From an uncultured archaeon (GTDB lineage Archaea; Asgardarchaeota; Lokiarchaeia; Sigyniarchaeales; SOKP01): a stretch of 64,000 bases of DNA. The stretch spans positions 808,242-872,241 of the forward strand of contig CAZALK010000001.1 of NCBI GenBank assembly GCA_964486045.1. Direction: 5' to 3'. The notes beneath the pieces were generated by a model, which was given only the letters and a program-made list of their open reading frames with translations, did no database searches and had not been told where the DNA came from. Positions 61,842 to 64,000 of the stretch are shown piece after piece (positions within the stretch are counted from its first letter, which is position 1; each line of letters starts with the position of its first letter). Position numbers and translations under genes: made by a program.

Positions 61842-62180
61842 AACTGAACCACTTTTTATCTTATAATATTATAAGAAGAGATTTAAACGTTGTTATTATG
61901 CAATTTAGTTGTCGTTACTAATAGAACTGTTTTTAGGATAAATGAGCTAAAGAACAAGATTCGAAAGATATAGATTTGCATTATGCCATACATTATTTTC
62001 CTATATATATTTCAAATCTCCACCATTGTCATTAAAAAAAAATCCTCTGAATATCTTAAGAATTACACTTAGTAAATAGAAACCTGCCCCTAACTTGTAA
62101 ATTCATTCTTAACTGATTCTGTATAACTCTTCAATTTCAAAATTTCAATAAAAAATGATAAATATCTTTCACATTTGTAT
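61842..62180. repeat. Second copy of the 339-bp intergenic spacer
   Basis: Aligns with 59322..59660. Confidence 0.85.
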
Positions 62181-64000
62181 TCATTTAAATTTTGCAAAAA
62201 TCCAATCATCTTCATTTCTATATAGAATATTAAAATCAGAGTATAAATACGCTTGAAAATCTTCATCGGAAAATTTTACATTAAATAACACATATGTAAC
62301 ATTCATAAATTCAATATCTCCTTTAAATTCAATGTAATCAATGGGTTTTAAATAATGCGTAGAATTAGAATCAAAAATGTAATATATTTTTTCTAAGTTC
62401 TCCACTTGTATTAATGCATATAGGATTTGATTACGCTGTCCACTCTGATTTTGAAAAATCATAGTATTTTCTTCATCTAGGGGATTTTCATTGAAATAAT
62501 TTCCAGCAAACAAAACAACATCTATATGGCCATCAGTAAAATAATAAAGCATCCAATCTGATGTTTTTGAATAATTTAGAGTATAATAAATTCCGCCTAG
62601 GAAAATGATTGGTATAATGAAAAATGCTTTAGCAATTCTTCTCATTGATTTATTTTCAATGACTTTTGTATTTTTTTTTTTATTGGCTATTTTTCTATTA
62701 AATTTGATTTTACGAATTGATCTTTTCACAACAATTATAATACACACAAAAGGAAAAGCAAATAATAAAACCCAAAATCCAGAGAATAATTCAATTAATC
62801 GTATGATGTAAACATCTAAAAATGCATTAATTCCTGTTAGAAAATAAGTAATTTCATTTGGTAAAACATCGATAATACCATTTAACAAATAAATTAGGAA
62901 TGTTAAAATAAAGGTAAATTTAATAAATCTAACTAAAAATCGCTGTTTTTTATTTAAGTGAAAGAATTTATTAACGGGAATAAAAATTCCGATGGCTACA
63001 TAAATTATACCTGTTCCAAAAATCCAAAAAAAATGTGGTATATTACCAATATTAATTAAATCAAAAAAAACATTTGAAATTAAAGTCTCCATTCCTTGTA
63101 TTATTACTGTTTGAGATAAAAGAAATTCAGCCAAATTAAAAAAAAATTCTCCAATCTGAGCAACACCAGGTAACGGGCCAAAAAGATATAAAGGTTTAAA
63201 AATAGAAAATACTTCAATAAAGGAATAACCTAAAACCAATGAGTAATATATAATATAAGGGAGCATCATCACCAAGAAAATTGAAAAAATTGAAATAAGT
63301 TGTAGAAAGAAATTCCCCATATTGATTATTTTTAGCTTTAAATGTGTCTTTTCTCTTTTTAATTTTATAATAAAAAAAAAAATTTCAAATAAAAAATAAA
63401 AAATTATGTAATAAAGTCCATATAAAGGCTGAGTCATAGTCATTCCAGAAAGGATAATTCCTCTTACTAGAAAGTTTTTATTCTTAAAATTTAAGAATAT
63501 CCTTTTTCGCAATTTTATCTCATTTGAGAGCATATTGATAATGGATCCTTCTTTAAGCGATAAAAAAAATAAGAATCCTAACGTTGTACTTAAGGTTGAA
63601 GGTAAAAACATAGAATAACGATAAAAGTAATATTGATTACTTAAAAAGATGAGTAAAGCACAGAAAATTATAAGTTTTTTTTTAAAAAAGAATTTTATAA
63701 TTTCATATAAAACAATTAAATTTATAGCTGTAAGAAAAATTGGCATGTATTTGCAGAAAAAATATGCAATTAGAAAATTATCATTCAATGAGATTATGCT
63801 TGAGGTGAATAATACAAATCCCGGAGGATATACTCCAAAGACCTCAAGATTTAATGATCCATGCTTTTGGATAAACCAAATTTCTTCAAACCACAAATAG
63901 GGGTCAATACCAGGATAACTTGCATGTTGCCATATGATAAACATTTGAAATATATAGAGCAGTATAAAAATTGTGCCTATCATTAAGAAATTTGAAATAT
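62181..64000 (-). CDS. Multi-pass membrane protein, putative GT-C-fold glycosyltransferase (family B, copy 3; 5' end beyond the window)
   Basis: Paralog of the previous two; the frame is open to the window edge, and ATG 63983 corresponds to an internal Met of the paralogs. Confidence 0.75.
   Translation of the reverse strand, partial: ISNFLMIGTIFILLYIFQMFIIWQHASYPGIDPYLWFEEIWFIQKHGSLNLEVFGVYPPGFVLFTSSIISLNDNFLIAYFFCKYMPIFLTAINLIVLYEIIKFFFKKKLIIFCALLIFLSNQYYFYRYSMFLPSTLSTTLGFLFFLSLKEGSIINMLSNEIKLRKRIFLNFKNKNFLVRGIILSGMTMTQPLYGLYYIIFYFLFEIFFFIIKLKREKTHLKLKIINMGNFFLQLISIFSIFLVMMLPYIIYYSLVLGYSFIEVFSIFKPLYLFGPLPGVAQIGEFFFNLAEFLLSQTVIIQGMETLISNVFFDLINIGNIPHFFWIFGTGIIYVAIGIFIPVNKFFHLNKKQRFLVRFIKFTFILTFLIYLLNGIIDVLPNEITYFLTGINAFLDVYIIRLIELFSGFWVLLFAFPFVCIIIVVKRSIRKIKFNRKIANKKKNTKVIENKSMRRIAKAFFIIPIIFLGGIYYTLNYSKTSDWMLYYFTDGHIDVVLFAGNYFNENPLDEENTMIFQNQSGQRNQILYALIQVENLEKIYYIFDSNSTHYLKPIDYIEFKGDIEFMNVTYVLFNVKFSDEDFQAYLYSDFNILYRNEDDWIFAKFK

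Noticed and set aside
2364-63900. Many short antisense or alternate-frame ORFs in the track (e.g. 2364, 2456, 4653, 6331, 9447, 9878, 11424, 16074, 17405, 19371, 21804, 24141, 25817, 28486, 36226, 41742, 42647, 45217, 51036, 51244, 53285, 54811, 57592, 57949, 60106, 62605, 63649)
   Set aside because: They overlap well-supported genes, have no motifs and are the expected shadow ORFs
50349-64000. Diversity-generating retroelement (template/variable repeat) explanation for the repeated 3' ends
   Set aside because: No reverse transcriptase in the window, and differences between copies are not visibly confined to adenines
1-64000. Borg, giant-virus or plasmid origin suggested by low GC and in-frame tandem repeats
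   Set aside because: Frequent strand switching, few repeats and no replication or viral genes; looks like a chromosomal glycan locus

Overview
A very AT-rich 64-kb window that is almost entirely one large surface-glycan / protein-glycosylation locus. The style is archaeal: BRE-TATA promoters, GGTG/GGAG ribosome-binding sites, a 'GNGTYxNPYIIENYEI' beta-helix surface protein and GT-C-like membrane proteins. An Asgard (Loki/Promethearchaeota-like) origin is my inference, not something the sequence proves. It encodes nucleotide-sugar enzymes (two paralogous SDR epimerases, an SDR-cupin fusion, RmlD-like reductases, two 2-epimerases, a CDP-3,6-dideoxyhexose block rfbF-rfbG-rfbC-reductase-rfbH, a UGM-like flavoprotein), about 11 GT2/GT4/GT-A glycosyltransferases, 6 intact and 2 decayed SAM methyltransferases, two AsnB-like amidoligases, an alkaline-phosphatase-superfamily enzyme, a flippase and an ABC-2 exporter. 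Two expanded families of multi-pass GT-C-like proteins are also present. The most unusual structure is at 50.3-64 kb: three tandem near-full-length paralogs plus three orphan 3' fragments of the same gene, interleaved with glycan-tailoring genes, with a perfect-identity patch suggesting gene conversion. The locus shows many signs of active remodelling: IS remnants, a duplicated-then-truncated GT4, a tandem-duplicated promoter, a read-through GT2-GT2 fusion, in-frame 24-nt and 72-nt duplications, and poly-A tracts including two that frameshift a methyltransferase. No rRNA, tRNA or CRISPR was seen.
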